A stretch of DNA of 64,000 nt, taken from positions 494 through 64,493 of the forward strand of contig CAYREY010000005.1 of NCBI GenBank assembly GCA_964423405.1. Reading direction: 5' to 3'. Numbering within the stretch: position 1 is the first letter of the stretch; every line of letters starts with the position of its first letter. The notes under the pieces were generated by a model, which was not told the DNA's origin, ran no database searches, and saw only the letters and a list, made by a program, of their open reading frames with translations. Origin of the DNA: an uncultured Chitinophaga sp. (GTDB lineage: Bacteria > Bacteroidota > Bacteroidia > Chitinophagales > LD1). The position numbers and the translations under genes are program-made. This document shows, piece after piece, positions 63,913 through 64,000 of this stretch.

Positions 63913-64000
63913 GTAATTTATAAGATTAATAGCAAAGTGGTGCCACCAATCAACACTTACTGTTTTTACATGCTTATTTACTACCCCGGAAATTGCGGGT

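Noticed and set aside
1-64000. Search by eye for CRISPR arrays, tRNA/rRNA genes, transposases, integrases, reverse transcriptases, restriction-modification or other known defence genes
   Set aside because: None were seen. The only regularly spaced repeats are the 162-bp tandem units (no unique spacers) and in-frame protein repeats. The only structured RNA recognised is tmRNA. A tRNAscan, Rfam or DefenseFinder run would be needed to be definitive.

Overview
This 64 kb window looks like a chromosomal segment from a Bacteroidota genome, probably Chitinophagia- or Sphingobacteriia-like. The evidence is several T9SS C-terminal sorting domains of both the type A and 'gliding-motility' type B kinds, LytTR two-component pairs, -33 TTG / -7 TAnnTTTG promoters, and a tmRNA tag ending in YAMAA. 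Housekeeping anchors are ssrA (tmRNA), dnaG, der, era, rplU-rpmA, lon and a cystathionine-beta-synthase-like gene. Between them lie accessory blocks. (1) An esterase / OMP / LytS-like kinase / LytTR regulator operon next to ssrA, followed by a collagen-like secreted protein. (2) A divergent locus that looks dedicated to phosphorus scavenging: TonB-dependent receptor, T9SS-secreted NPP phosphodiesterase and a PhoX-like protein. (3) Two giant type-B T9SS adhesin-like proteins (1352 and 1291 aa) flanking lipoproteins and an XRE regulator. (4) A DUF559 endonuclease gene embedded in a modular palindromic tandem-repeat array. (5) A compact ketosynthase / CLF / ACP / deacetylase / LolA-like lipid or polyene-type cluster. 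(6) A ceramidase-like, PON-like and FemAB/GNAT-like trio. (7) A secreted Cu-monooxygenase-like protein carrying a CxxCH motif, a decayed fragment of the phosphodiesterase gene, a subclass B1 metallo-beta-lactamase, and a 780-bp AT-rich gene desert. I saw no rRNA, tRNA, CRISPR array, integrase, transposase or recognisable defence-system genes. I found no clear complete novel system. The most unusual loci are the DUF559/repeat array, the minimal KS-ACP-LolA cluster and the adhesin island. All functional calls come from motif recognition by eye, with no database search.
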